Positions 19,307-29,400 of a stretch of 64,000 nucleotides of DNA are shown here, in pieces; position 1 is the stretch's first letter; the number at the start of each line of letters is the position of its first letter. Origin of the DNA: a virus; the IMG/VR virus record IMGVR_UViG_3300036766_000837, positions 32,001 to 96,000 of that record; one strand, given 5' to 3'. Position numbers and translations under genes: made by a program. The notes below the pieces were generated by a model. It did no database searches. It was not told the origin of the DNA and worked only from the letters and a program-made list of their open reading frames with translations.

Positions 19307-19822
19307 TTAAGGTGTCGGATTGGTATCAGAATCTAATTCATTGTCTTCTACAGGTTTTACTCCTACGGCTAGTATATCAAAATGAAACTCTTTGCCTCGT
19401 TCGATAGTCATATCTTTATAGATTGTAGCTCTATACACAACTTTTTCAGGAGTTACATTCGTTAATATTACAGATAATGGGAGGGTTCTGTTATCTCTAT
19501 GCGTCATAATCACTGCTGGCTGATAATCTCCATCCCAATAATTATTGCCTGGAAAATCATATGTTTTTTCAAAAGATGGATACTTGCCGTCAATATAAAT
19601 AAGGTCACTTCCCGGAGTTTCAGTTATCTCTCGCGCAAATAACGCGGCATGATTAACTATCCATTTTGTATCTCTAACTTCTTTAGTTGCCGGATTAACA
19701 TTACTAATCTTAAATTCTATGAGGTCATCATTCAAGAAGATATGGTTTTGAATCATCTGGTTCAATAAATCGGCGGTAATGTCCTGATTAGGCTCCCATA
19801 CGACCGTATTATATTTCGGCAT
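19307..19822 (-). CDS. Small tail/baseplate protein (paralog of 19823..20305)
   Basis: N-terminal V-x-W-x-P-x3-IT-x3-LNQM-x2-N-x2-FL; C-terminal AVGVK. Confidence 0.55.
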   Translation of the reverse strand: MPKYNTVVWEPNQDITADLLNQMIQNHIFLNDDLIEFKISNVNPATKEVRDTKWIVNHAALFAREITETPGSDLIYIDGKYPSFEKTYDFPGNNYWDGDYQPAVIMTHRDNRTLPLSVILTNVTPEKVVYRATIYKDMTIERGKEFHFDILAVGVKPVEDNELDSDTNPTP

Positions 19823-20305
19823 TTAGAGCTTAACCCCCATGGCTATATAACAGACAAAGAAATCCATATCCGGATCAAAATCAACATTAGAAACTCCCCT
19901 GATACTAACGGTAAATGAGGCATTAGTTATCTCTCTTAAGACCCAAGTTATCTCCTTCACTTTTTTAATCCCAACACTACATATAACTACAGGTCTAAAA
20001 TCGGGGTGAAAGAAATCGCGGGGAAAAGGAATCTCCCTTTCAAATACGGTAGATGTTTTATCAGAACCTTCTTGCGCCGCATTAGGAGTTTGCTTTACAG
20101 GACTGATTTCTTTATACCCGGAAACCAGGGCAAGATTATCTTTGATATATCTAAGGCCGGTTCTTTCATTGCCATTCGGCGCGATGTTGCGAAGAGCGCC
20201 AGATACCTTCCTATCTTTCAGGAAATCATCATTTTTCGCCATCTGATTCAATTTTTCACTCGTGATTATCTCTTCAGGAGCCCAAGTTACAGGGTCAAAT
20301 ACCAT
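19823..20305 (-). CDS. Small tail protein with lectin/gp53-like C-terminal fold
   Basis: FP-x2-F...P-V-V...IT-x-ASFTV...YIAMG pattern. Confidence 0.55.
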   Translation of the reverse strand: MVFDPVTWAPEEIITSEKLNQMAKNDDFLKDRKVSGALRNIAPNGNERTGLRYIKDNLALVSGYKEISPVKQTPNAAQEGSDKTSTVFEREIPFPRDFFHPDFRPVVICSVGIKKVKEITWVLREITNASFTVSIRGVSNVDFDPDMDFFVCYIAMGVKL

Positions 20306-20339
20306 AAAAACCTCCCATTAATTTATTATACATCATTTC

Positions 20340-21347
20340 TTATCCCCACCCATCCCCTATATTTAATGAAATTCCCCAACCAGCCCCACCAACTCCCCCA
20401 GGTTGCCTCCAAACAACGGCATGATAACGGGGAGAGAGATTATTATCATCAGATTGACCAACAATTGTTGTTCCACAAATACCCCAGCTCCCATCTCGTG
20501 GATATGTCAATGTAGTACTAAGTTTGGGTAACACTATAGGGAGCCCCAATGGGTCTGTTGCGTAATCCCAATATACTCCTCGATATCTAGATGTACCTCC
20601 ATAAGTAGAAGAACCTACAATAATACTGGAGTCAGTAATAGCCCGAGCTTCATTATATGTTCCTACAAATGGTAATATAGTTGGCACCCCGGCATTCCAA
20701 ATTACAGCATTATGATTTCCATAAGTTGAACTTTCAGTCCATCCAACAATCTGACCCAAGTTGTTTATTCCAAAAGCTTGACCGTGTATTTGGCCAGGAG
20801 GTAATGTTAAAAGAGATGGAGTAATTCCATTCCAAACAACTGGATAAGGGGCACTTGAATTATTATAAGAATAACCACAAATAACTGCCGAATCATTAAT
20901 GCCCCTAGCAACACACATATTATAATAAGGATTCAAAGAAGTATCTATTGTTCCGTCCCATCTAATGGCGGTCGTCGCATAAGAACCTATTGACTGTCCA
21001 TTTTGATTAATTCCATAACCATATGCGTGATTTCCACTTCCAGGATTATCGAGGGCGGTTGGGGTTGTTCCGCTCCAAACACAAGCTCGTCTATACCCCC
21101 CGGTAGCTGTAGAACTACCAACTATTTGTCCAGAATTATTGATACCATAAGCATTTGCATTTGTCCCTCCAGGAAGGAAACTAAGCTGGGTTGGAATCTC
21201 ATTGTCCCATCTCACAGCATAAATAGGAAAGGGAGATACAGGGTTTTCAATCCATCCTACAATTATTCCTGAATTATTAATTCCCAAAGCTGCTGACGTT
21301 TCAGGAGAAAATAATGAACCAAGTTGAGTTATAGTATATAATTCCAT
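20340..21347 (-). CDS. HAF-type repeat beta-propeller, probable receptor-binding/virion protein
   Basis: ~8 repeats of A-x-GIN-x2-G-x-IVG...A-x2-W. Confidence 0.75.
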   Translation of the reverse strand: MELYTITQLGSLFSPETSAALGINNSGIIVGWIENPVSPFPIYAVRWDNEIPTQLSFLPGGTNANAYGINNSGQIVGSSTATGGYRRACVWSGTTPTALDNPGSGNHAYGYGINQNGQSIGSYATTAIRWDGTIDTSLNPYYNMCVARGINDSAVICGYSYNNSSAPYPVVWNGITPSLLTLPPGQIHGQAFGINNLGQIVGWTESSTYGNHNAVIWNAGVPTILPFVGTYNEARAITDSSIIVGSSTYGGTSRYRGVYWDYATDPLGLPIVLPKLSTTLTYPRDGSWGICGTTIVGQSDDNNLSPRYHAVVWRQPGGVGGAGWGISLNIGDGWG

Positions 21348-23101
21348 TATGTTGTCCTTTCAATCTTTAATATGAATTGATAGTCTTTCCCCGCAGTTGC
21401 AGCTATTGTTTCACATTCAATCTCAAGCAAATCTCCATCCTTAATTGAGATGGTTTGAAAAGCGCTTGTGGAACCCGAAGTATCTCCACTATTAAAAATA
21501 AGTTTATCTGCATCATTTGCAAACACACTTGTAAACGCCCCCGACCCAGATTTAACCAATAAATCAAATCTGTCCTGATTTCCGCTTGGAGCGGTTCCAG
21601 CATGCCCCACCCATTTCAAAAGGTCGAAATCATACATCGCCTCAAATTGTTTGGGGTATACTTTTATCTCCGCCGAATTATCAATATGGAATAAAATAGT
21701 ATCGGCATCAATATCTGATTTGCTACCTTCAGGGGCAACATCGGGATTAGAATTTCCAGTAAGTGTTGCAGGAACCCATTTACTCTTATTTCCGGAATTA
21801 TCTACATTTCGAACTCTACCGTAGTATTTTGTCTTTCTGTGTGGAGCTTTAAAACCTCTATGAGTTTTTGGAACGTATTTATCTTTCTTTACGATATGGT
21901 CTCGATGAAAACTATCATCATCAGCCATCTGAATTTGGCTATAAGATATATCTTCGTTCTCACCTTCTATTTCATAGAAAGCATCTGAAAACGTGGTTGC
22001 AAAAGTATCATATATATAAAGTATTGTATCAGGATTGTCAGTATCTAAATAAAACACATCATATTGATAGTTATCAACCCATATGGTATCCCCCTCTCCA
22101 AGTTCTGATAAGAATAGTGTTCCCACTCCTGTAAGGGTGTCTGTTCCAATCGTGGCAGATACCGTTCCTGTCCCTAAATCTTTCTCTATCGGCTGGTCCC
22201 AGGTAAATTCGATTCTTTTAACTCCTGGGTCAATAGTCACATTTATAGGTGTTGGGGGTTTTTCTGTATCTGCCGCTCTTGTTGGTTCAGACCATGCCCA
22301 AACTCCTCTTTTCCCGTGCCTAACGGCCCTAATTGCAACTTTCCACCATTGCCATTTGTGAATACCTATAAAACGAGCCTTACAAAGAATATCTTCATCT
22401 TTATCTTTTGCCTCAACAGTTATTTTTCTGGCATAATCATCATCTTCAAAGACACCATTTTTCATATCCCATCGCCAAAGTTGAACAACATAAAAATCTA
22501 CATCTGACTCACAGGAGGGGAGTATTACTTCGTCCCAAAGAACGGTCATTCGAATTTTTCTTGATTTATTTTTTTCAACAGTATCATAATTAAAGTGAAT
22601 TCCCGTAACAGCGGGAATATCTGTTGATTTCATCGTTTTATAAATAAGAGGAATGTTCAACCAGGGACCATTTTCGGTTCCCAAAACAACTCTGACACTT
22701 ATCATATAAGTAGTATCATAATCAAGATTCCTAAAAATTTTTGTTACAATTTCGCCAGAAATTCCCTCAAATCCAGAAGAATCCTGTTCTGGCATGTCGT
22801 CAGAAATTTCTTCTATCGAAAACTCATATTCTATATCGTCAATTGGAGCCTTAAGATATTGGATTTCTATATTTGGCCATGAATGTTTCCCTTCACATTT
22901 GACAAATTCATTTAAAACGATTAGGTGTGGAGGAGTAAAAATTCCTAATACACGGGGGTCCTCATCATTGTCTTCATCATCGCCCGGAGAACCTTCTCCA
23001 TCAGCACATGACAAAATATCATCAGTTATATCCTCTCTAGGAAGATAATATTTCCTTAAGTTTTCTAATATTTCATCGCCGCTATTGAATTCATCAGGCA
23101 T
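21347..23101 (-). CDS. Tail tip protein with fibronectin type III domains
   Basis: LDYDTTYMISVR, W...RAV...G-x-W, KYYGRVRNVDNSGNKSKW. Confidence 0.7.
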   Translation of the reverse strand: MPDEFNSGDEILENLRKYYLPREDITDDILSCADGEGSPGDDEDNDEDPRVLGIFTPPHLIVLNEFVKCEGKHSWPNIEIQYLKAPIDDIEYEFSIEEISDDMPEQDSSGFEGISGEIVTKIFRNLDYDTTYMISVRVVLGTENGPWLNIPLIYKTMKSTDIPAVTGIHFNYDTVEKNKSRKIRMTVLWDEVILPSCESDVDFYVVQLWRWDMKNGVFEDDDYARKITVEAKDKDEDILCKARFIGIHKWQWWKVAIRAVRHGKRGVWAWSEPTRAADTEKPPTPINVTIDPGVKRIEFTWDQPIEKDLGTGTVSATIGTDTLTGVGTLFLSELGEGDTIWVDNYQYDVFYLDTDNPDTILYIYDTFATTFSDAFYEIEGENEDISYSQIQMADDDSFHRDHIVKKDKYVPKTHRGFKAPHRKTKYYGRVRNVDNSGNKSKWVPATLTGNSNPDVAPEGSKSDIDADTILFHIDNSAEIKVYPKQFEAMYDFDLLKWVGHAGTAPSGNQDRFDLLVKSGSGAFTSVFANDADKLIFNSGDTSGSTSAFQTISIKDGDLLEIECETIAATAGKDYQFILKIERTT

Positions 23102-23125
23102 TACAAATAAAATTCCTCCATTAAA

Positions 23126-23770
23126 TTATACACTAATCAGACTATCCATATCTTGATCAACAAAGAATATTTCATATACCAACCCATCTATATTTTGATT
23201 TATTAGATATTGTTCACTTATTAAACTATCCATACTATGATTAATCAAAAATGTCTGACACACCAATCCCTCTATATTTTGACCTATCGAGAACCTTCTA
23301 AGTAACAGACTGATGACATTTTGAGGTTTTGAAGACTGTAGAAGTTTCAAACTGGTTATACTTTGAGTAGCCCTAAATCGGCAGAGTATCAACCCCTCTA
23401 TATTTTGATTTATCCAAACATGTCCAATAATATCTACTATCATATCTGAATATTTATATACTTGATAGAAAATATTTGCCAATACAACAGAATATTGATG
23501 TAATGGTAATCCCCGGATTGAACTATCAAACCTATGAGTTCTTCTAATATTATAAGGAATTAATACATCTATTGCCGAAAAAATGGTAGGTTTCTTCAAA
23601 AGAGAATCAATATTAGAATATATAGATACCTGTCCAGAAATATATGAGGAAAGATATGTTTCAATATTTTTATACCCCACTAACACCCTAAGACGATGAT
23701 ACAAAGTATATGTAGTTAACCCTAATTTTATATTAGAATTAACACTAGCATAAACTATTGAACGTCTCAT
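23126..23770 (-). CDS. Tail-region protein with 14-aa repeats
   Basis: NIEGLILCRFRATQ / SITSLKLLQSSKPQ / NIEGLVCQTFLINH / SMDSLISEQYLINQ / NIDGLVYEIFFVDQ. Confidence 0.65.
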   Translation of the reverse strand: MRRSIVYASVNSNIKLGLTTYTLYHRLRVLVGYKNIETYLSSYISGQVSIYSNIDSLLKKPTIFSAIDVLIPYNIRRTHRFDSSIRGLPLHQYSVVLANIFYQVYKYSDMIVDIIGHVWINQNIEGLILCRFRATQSITSLKLLQSSKPQNVISLLLRRFSIGQNIEGLVCQTFLINHSMDSLISEQYLINQNIDGLVYEIFFVDQDMDSLISV

Positions 23771-26019
23771 GTTGCCGCCCTACCCAATATTTCATATATC
23801 TCTTGTTCTCCCGCTTTAGACCTAAGAGTTAAACTCTGTGTAAAATTAGAACTATCCATTCCCAAATTTATTGCGGTAATATGGAAATTCCTATTACGCA
23901 ATCCTAATCTTCCATAATCTATAATAACCATATCTCCGAGTTGTAGATGAGGAACAGCAAAAGTGTTGGCATTCACAAATATAATTGGAGACGAATACAC
24001 CGCAATAAGATAGTCAAGGAGTTGCTGGGCATGTTTTTTCGATTGAACCCATTGTAAATTAAGTTCCAACTTTTGCCGACCATATTTCCTTATGGAATCA
24101 TCGTTCTGCTTCTTCTTGGTATCAGATGTTGAATCCTGTTTGAATGCTTTGCCAATTATGATAAAGAATTCGGGAAGATTTTCAATGGCTTTCTTTATCT
24201 GCGCGCCCTCAATGATTATCGTCCCGTTATAATTATTTAATACATATATTTTTGCACTAGCAGGACTAAAATCGAATGAGATAACCTCGGCATATGCTTC
24301 GTTCGTTAATATATAGGTGATATTTTTAGCGGGGCCGACAGTATAATCTATATCGAATTCTCTAATTTCATATACTATGGTGGTTGGGTCGTGGGAAGCA
24401 GGGTTGGTATTTAATTTTCCACGTTCACAGTTATGTAATCTATTGTTATCCCTGTCATTATCACTATATTTTATTATTTCACTATTAATTTTGAAATAAC
24501 CTTCATCTGGCCAATCTTCTGAATCAACAACAAGGATACTGGTTTCAGTTGTATCCACTACTTCCGTAGTGTTGGTGGCTCTAAGCACCGTAGGATCATC
24601 TGCTTCCCACAACGCAACCGTCTCAGACAACTCAGGAATGATATATTCCAATGAAAAATCATTTTTAAGGAGTTCTGTTGACCACTGTGCTGTCTGAATC
24701 TCGTTATCCTCCATTAAGGTCTTAACTGGCACCATATCTGGATATGCCGGGTCGGTTAAGGATTCCTTTATCTTAAAGTTGAAGTATCCATTTTCATCAA
24801 AATAATATACACCTAAATCTATAACCGCTATCTGCTGTAGGAAGTCCCAAAATGTTTGACCTTCAGTTGTCCAAATAAGATTATGTCCGGGAACACAAAC
24901 CAGTTCATCTATATTTACGATTGTTGCTCTATCGTGTTCTGCCAGATCATTATAGTTCAGCGTTGATGTGTCAATTATGAATTTTAGGATTCCCGCCTTT
25001 TCCGCGATATCTCTAACAATATCTGATATGAGCCATTTATCATAAAGCATTTGGGGGATTTCTGTTTCTTGCAAAATCTTTGACATATCCCTCAAGGAAA
25101 CTTCCATCGTGGCTGTATTGTCAGACATACTCCAAGTATCTACATAAAATTCTCCTTGCTTCATATATTCATAAGTGGTATCCGCAAGTTTAAACCCTGA
25201 ATATATATCAAATTTAGTATTTTGAAGGAGCAAGGAGAAGTATGGACCAGTCTCATACTCATTATTATATTTATCTTCACTGTTATCAAGACTTATGCTT
25301 GCAGAGTTGGCAGAGGAGATTCCGATAGGATTCACCGTTGTACTTGAAAGATCACGTTCCTTCCTTACACTCCATGAAATTACATCATCTGATACATCAA
25401 CCTCAATGGCAGCATCAATCTCATATATCTGCGCTCTCCCCGGAATCGAGATTGAATTAACTTTGACTCGGATTGCATTTATCTCGGTTGTGTATGTTCT
25501 ATTTACAATATCAGACCATGTAAGCCCATTAGCAGTTTGTAGATATATATCTGTCTTATAGTCTCCTGGATCATAGTTAGTAACTGCGTTATAATAACTT
25601 CCACCAATTTTTATATCTATAGTTACTGAGGTTATCATGGAGACAAAAATATCTGAAGTAAGGAGAATTTTATTACAGGTAACCGGCTCTGGGTATGTAA
25701 CCTCAATCTCTAATGGCGGCGAAAAATCTCCACCAGAATCAGATTCCGTATCACTGGACCAAGGAACCCTATTATCCAATTCATCAGTTGGCCAAGTCCT
25801 TGCCCAATCATCTGTGCGATAATAATTCGAATCCGTTACGGCAAATTTCATCGAAGGATCATATACTCCATCCACAATCCTATTTTTCCTTACATCATTA
25901 TCACATGTAACTACAGGTTCATATACTCTATTATTGGAAAGATACATTATTATTTTTGATTTTGGATAGACACCTGACGCTGCTAATGCGGTTTCGAGGT
26001 CATCAGTGATTATCTGCAT
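23767..26019 (-). CDS. Minor tail / baseplate hub protein
   Basis: Position after Dit-like gene; G-x-FYVD, LRDMSK, YFDENG, SIRKYG, PHLQLGD hub-like motifs. Confidence 0.7.
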   Translation of the reverse strand: MQIITDDLETALAASGVYPKSKIIMYLSNNRVYEPVVTCDNDVRKNRIVDGVYDPSMKFAVTDSNYYRTDDWARTWPTDELDNRVPWSSDTESDSGGDFSPPLEIEVTYPEPVTCNKILLTSDIFVSMITSVTIDIKIGGSYYNAVTNYDPGDYKTDIYLQTANGLTWSDIVNRTYTTEINAIRVKVNSISIPGRAQIYEIDAAIEVDVSDDVISWSVRKERDLSSTTVNPIGISSANSASISLDNSEDKYNNEYETGPYFSLLLQNTKFDIYSGFKLADTTYEYMKQGEFYVDTWSMSDNTATMEVSLRDMSKILQETEIPQMLYDKWLISDIVRDIAEKAGILKFIIDTSTLNYNDLAEHDRATIVNIDELVCVPGHNLIWTTEGQTFWDFLQQIAVIDLGVYYFDENGYFNFKIKESLTDPAYPDMVPVKTLMEDNEIQTAQWSTELLKNDFSLEYIIPELSETVALWEADDPTVLRATNTTEVVDTTETSILVVDSEDWPDEGYFKINSEIIKYSDNDRDNNRLHNCERGKLNTNPASHDPTTIVYEIREFDIDYTVGPAKNITYILTNEAYAEVISFDFSPASAKIYVLNNYNGTIIIEGAQIKKAIENLPEFFIIIGKAFKQDSTSDTKKKQNDDSIRKYGRQKLELNLQWVQSKKHAQQLLDYLIAVYSSPIIFVNANTFAVPHLQLGDMVIIDYGRLGLRNRNFHITAINLGMDSSNFTQSLTLRSKAGEQEIYEILGRAAT

Positions 26020-26022
26020 TGT

Positions 26023-26439
26023 CTATTGCTCAATCAGGGAGAGCGTTATATCCCAATATTGAGCGCCCCACCTCTTAGTTAAAGTTTCTTGATATTCTTC
26101 TATGAAGACCATCACAACAACATCAGTCTGAATGTTAGACGAATTAACTTCTTTATATGTAAGAGTTACTGTTGTCCCGATATTAGCATCATAAAAAGCC
26201 TTTAAGGAGTTTCTCCCTGCTTTTCCATCTACGGTTTGGGTATCTATGGCCGGTAGAAACGTCCAGCTAGTGCTAAATGTTCTTTTTTCCGCAACAAAGT
26301 ATCTTCGTGTTTTTCCTGTTGCAGTTACATTATCCGTCTTAATGGGAATAAAGGCTATTACAAATTGGGCGCGATTATGTTCACTAAGTTCTGTAGAATT
26401 TAGTTTTACAAGAGAACCTTTTGGAAGTGTGAGGACCAT
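26023..26439 (-). CDS. Distal tail protein-like
   Basis: Directly after the TMP; G-x2-RRY...KRTFSTSW...WDITLSLIEQ. Confidence 0.6.
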   Translation of the reverse strand: MVLTLPKGSLVKLNSTELSEHNRAQFVIAFIPIKTDNVTATGKTRRYFVAEKRTFSTSWTFLPAIDTQTVDGKAGRNSLKAFYDANIGTTVTLTYKEVNSSNIQTDVVVMVFIEEYQETLTKRWGAQYWDITLSLIEQ

Positions 26440-29400
26440 TAAGAATTGCCTACCTTAACAACCATATTGTTTGCTCCCCTTTCCTTAGATATCTTATTCC
26501 CGACCTTTTCTAGTGTACTATATAGTTGTCTATAGGACTCATCGTTTCCAAAGAAATGCCCTATATCAACATTTATATTTACGGTACTGTTATTGCCTGC
26601 CGCCTTAGAAAGAGCTTTTGAAATATTCGCGGGGACCACAGTTTCGCCAGCATGAAGGAGTGCGGGAGTATTAAATTTCACAACCCCACCACCATGCATC
26701 CCTATTGGGTATCCTGGAGGGGTTCCACCATATTGGGGCATAAAGTCGGCATGGACATGTGTTGTGTGGGGAACCCCGGTATAGGCATGAATAGTTGGAT
26801 TCTCGTCACTCCATATGCTTGTTTTATATATCAAATGCCCCATATGAAGCGGTGCAACATTTTTAAGAGCCCAATTCCATATAGCTGAACGAATCTTTTC
26901 ACTATTGGACATTCCCAGGTCAACGGCGTTTCCATAACTATGTTGTGAAAAGATGTTGGTTCCGGCAATATATTTAACATAATTAAATCCGCCCATTGAA
27001 GTGTTTGGGAATAGATTCTTAATTTGTTGTACGAAAGCCCAAAGAGATTTGGTTATAAGGCCATATGGCGTCTCTATCTTGCCGGGAGCCCCAGGACCGC
27101 CAGCAGGATATCCTCTCCCCATTCCTGCGGCATAGGCCGTTCCAGCCTGTTCTATAAGGGAGTTTAGAGCCCATTGCCCCATCATTTTTGCCGCAGTCCC
27201 AACCATACCTCTTGTCATATCCCCAATTATAGGGGCAAGAAGTTGATATGCCGTTCCTAATGTTGCCATTGGAACCATAGCGAGGTTATAGAGTTGTTCA
27301 CCACTCACTACACTATTTGGAATACCACCTACATATCCGGTTCCACCAACCATCCCCCCAATATGAAATTTACTAAGGCGTTCTAATGCCCTTGCGCCAA
27401 ATTTCTTGACTGTCTTCTTTGAGAAAACATACTCTCCGGGTTGTGCCATTATCGGAACTTCTTCATGAGAACCTTCTATAAGCCCTCCTGTGTGAGCTTT
27501 TGGCCCATATCCAGCGGTGCCCGCATATTTAATGGCTGTTTTTGATACCCCAGCTAATGCGGCAGAGATTTGTTGGATGAAACTAAGCATCAAGGCTTTC
27601 GGCATAGGTTCATGTAGGCCAGCATACTTTGCTTGAGCCGAAGCATATTCAGAAAGAAGGGTAAAGAATTTGCGATCTGCTGGTGTTGAAGCATTGGCCA
27701 ATTCCCCACGCATAGCTTCCGCTGTACTTGCCCCTATAGCCGTGGCATCTCTTATCGCTGCTTGTTCCGCCCATACTCTTGCCTGACGGAATCCTTCCTG
27801 AATGGTTCTGCCATAATCAGCCATAAATATTGCGGCAACATCGTTTATTTGAATCCCATAGGTATCACCTAAAGCTAGGATATCTTTATATTGTTTCTCC
27901 CATTCCTTCTTATTCCTTGGAGTAAATTTAAGAACTTCATCTAATCTATTTTGAAGTAGTGTTCTTTCCTGGTCTATACTTTCCTGCATCGCCTCTTTTT
28001 GCGCATCAAGCGACTCTTGAAGGGCATCTCTTTGCGCATCAAGCATCTCCTGAAGGGCATCTTTTTCTTTATTAAGTTCGTCTATGCGTTTCTGTCTGCG
28101 CCTATCTGCAAGAGTTTGCGTATGTTGTTGGTCAAGGTCTCTTATACTCTGTTGATTGTCTTTATAGTCCGCCTTGGCTTGCATTTCCAAGATTGCGGCA
28201 TCATCATATCTTCCTTCGGCAATGGCCTTAATACGTTCACGATATGCAATCGCCGAATTTAATTCACCTTGCTGTATTAATTGTTCCCTTTGTTGTCTAT
28301 ATTCTCTTTGTTGTTGTAACCAATCTTCTCTTTCGTTTACATCCTCAATTTTTGCAATCTGTGCATCATAAACACCAAGTCGTTTTTCTTCCGTTGCAGT
28401 AAACGCTTCTAATCTTGCTTCAGAACTTTTATCAAATGCGGCGAGTGTTGCTTCGGCATTCTTGTCAAAAGCTTCCAAAACAACATTAGACACATTAGAA
28501 GCGAGACTTCCAAGTTCACTTTCAAGAGCATCCCAATATGCCTGCCCTTCTTCTGTCCCTTTCTTCTTGAATGCATCTGTATCAACTTCTCCGGCCAAAG
28601 TTGCAAAGTCTGCGGCTTGAGCATTAAATGAATCAGCCTCGGCATCAAATAATATTCCACTCCGTTCAATAAGAGATAAAAGTCTTTGATAGAAAAGAAC
28701 CAGTTCTTTAGTGTATTGAACGGATTTGTACTCTTCTTGAACCATCTTCTCATTTCCAACGGCCATAGCCTGAAACATCTTTACCAGATGAGGCCCTATT
28801 GAGGCTTGCGTTAAAGCAAGGTTGTCTTTTATATCACTAATACCCATATTCAATTGGTCTATATCGGCGGTTGATAAGACCTTTAATAAATCTTTGGCCT
28901 CTGAATCTATAGCCAGCATTAGACTATCGCCATTCTCAACACTATTCATAAAGTCATTAAACACCTGATTCATATTGGTTCCATAATCTGTAATATTTTG
29001 GACTTCCTCCGTAATCCCCACAAAATTGGCAAGGGCCATCCTAGCCTTATCATTTATATTCCCCACGAAATCACCAATAGGAATATCTGTTAATTGCCCC
29101 ATCAATCGTGACCACTTTTCGACATCTTCTATATTCTTTGCAAATTCAACACCCGGAAGGTCGAGGGGACCAGCAGGCCCCTTTACCTCTGCCACACCAG
29201 CTATTTCTTTTAATTGTTCTCCCACCGCAGATAAAGCACTTGTCCAAGATTGTTCAAATTCTTCTATATCAGCCTTTTCCGTAATTGTTTTGGCCAACTC
29301 TTGAAATGCATCACTAATCGCCTGAACATGATTAGAGACCGCCTCCGCAATCTCATCTACGTGCCGTCCAAATGTAGAAAAAGCCATTATTACAGTTCCA

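Noticed and set aside
20340-23101. Diversity-generating retroelement target in the tail genes
   Set aside because: No reverse transcriptase and no adenine-mismatched repeat pair were noticed in the window.
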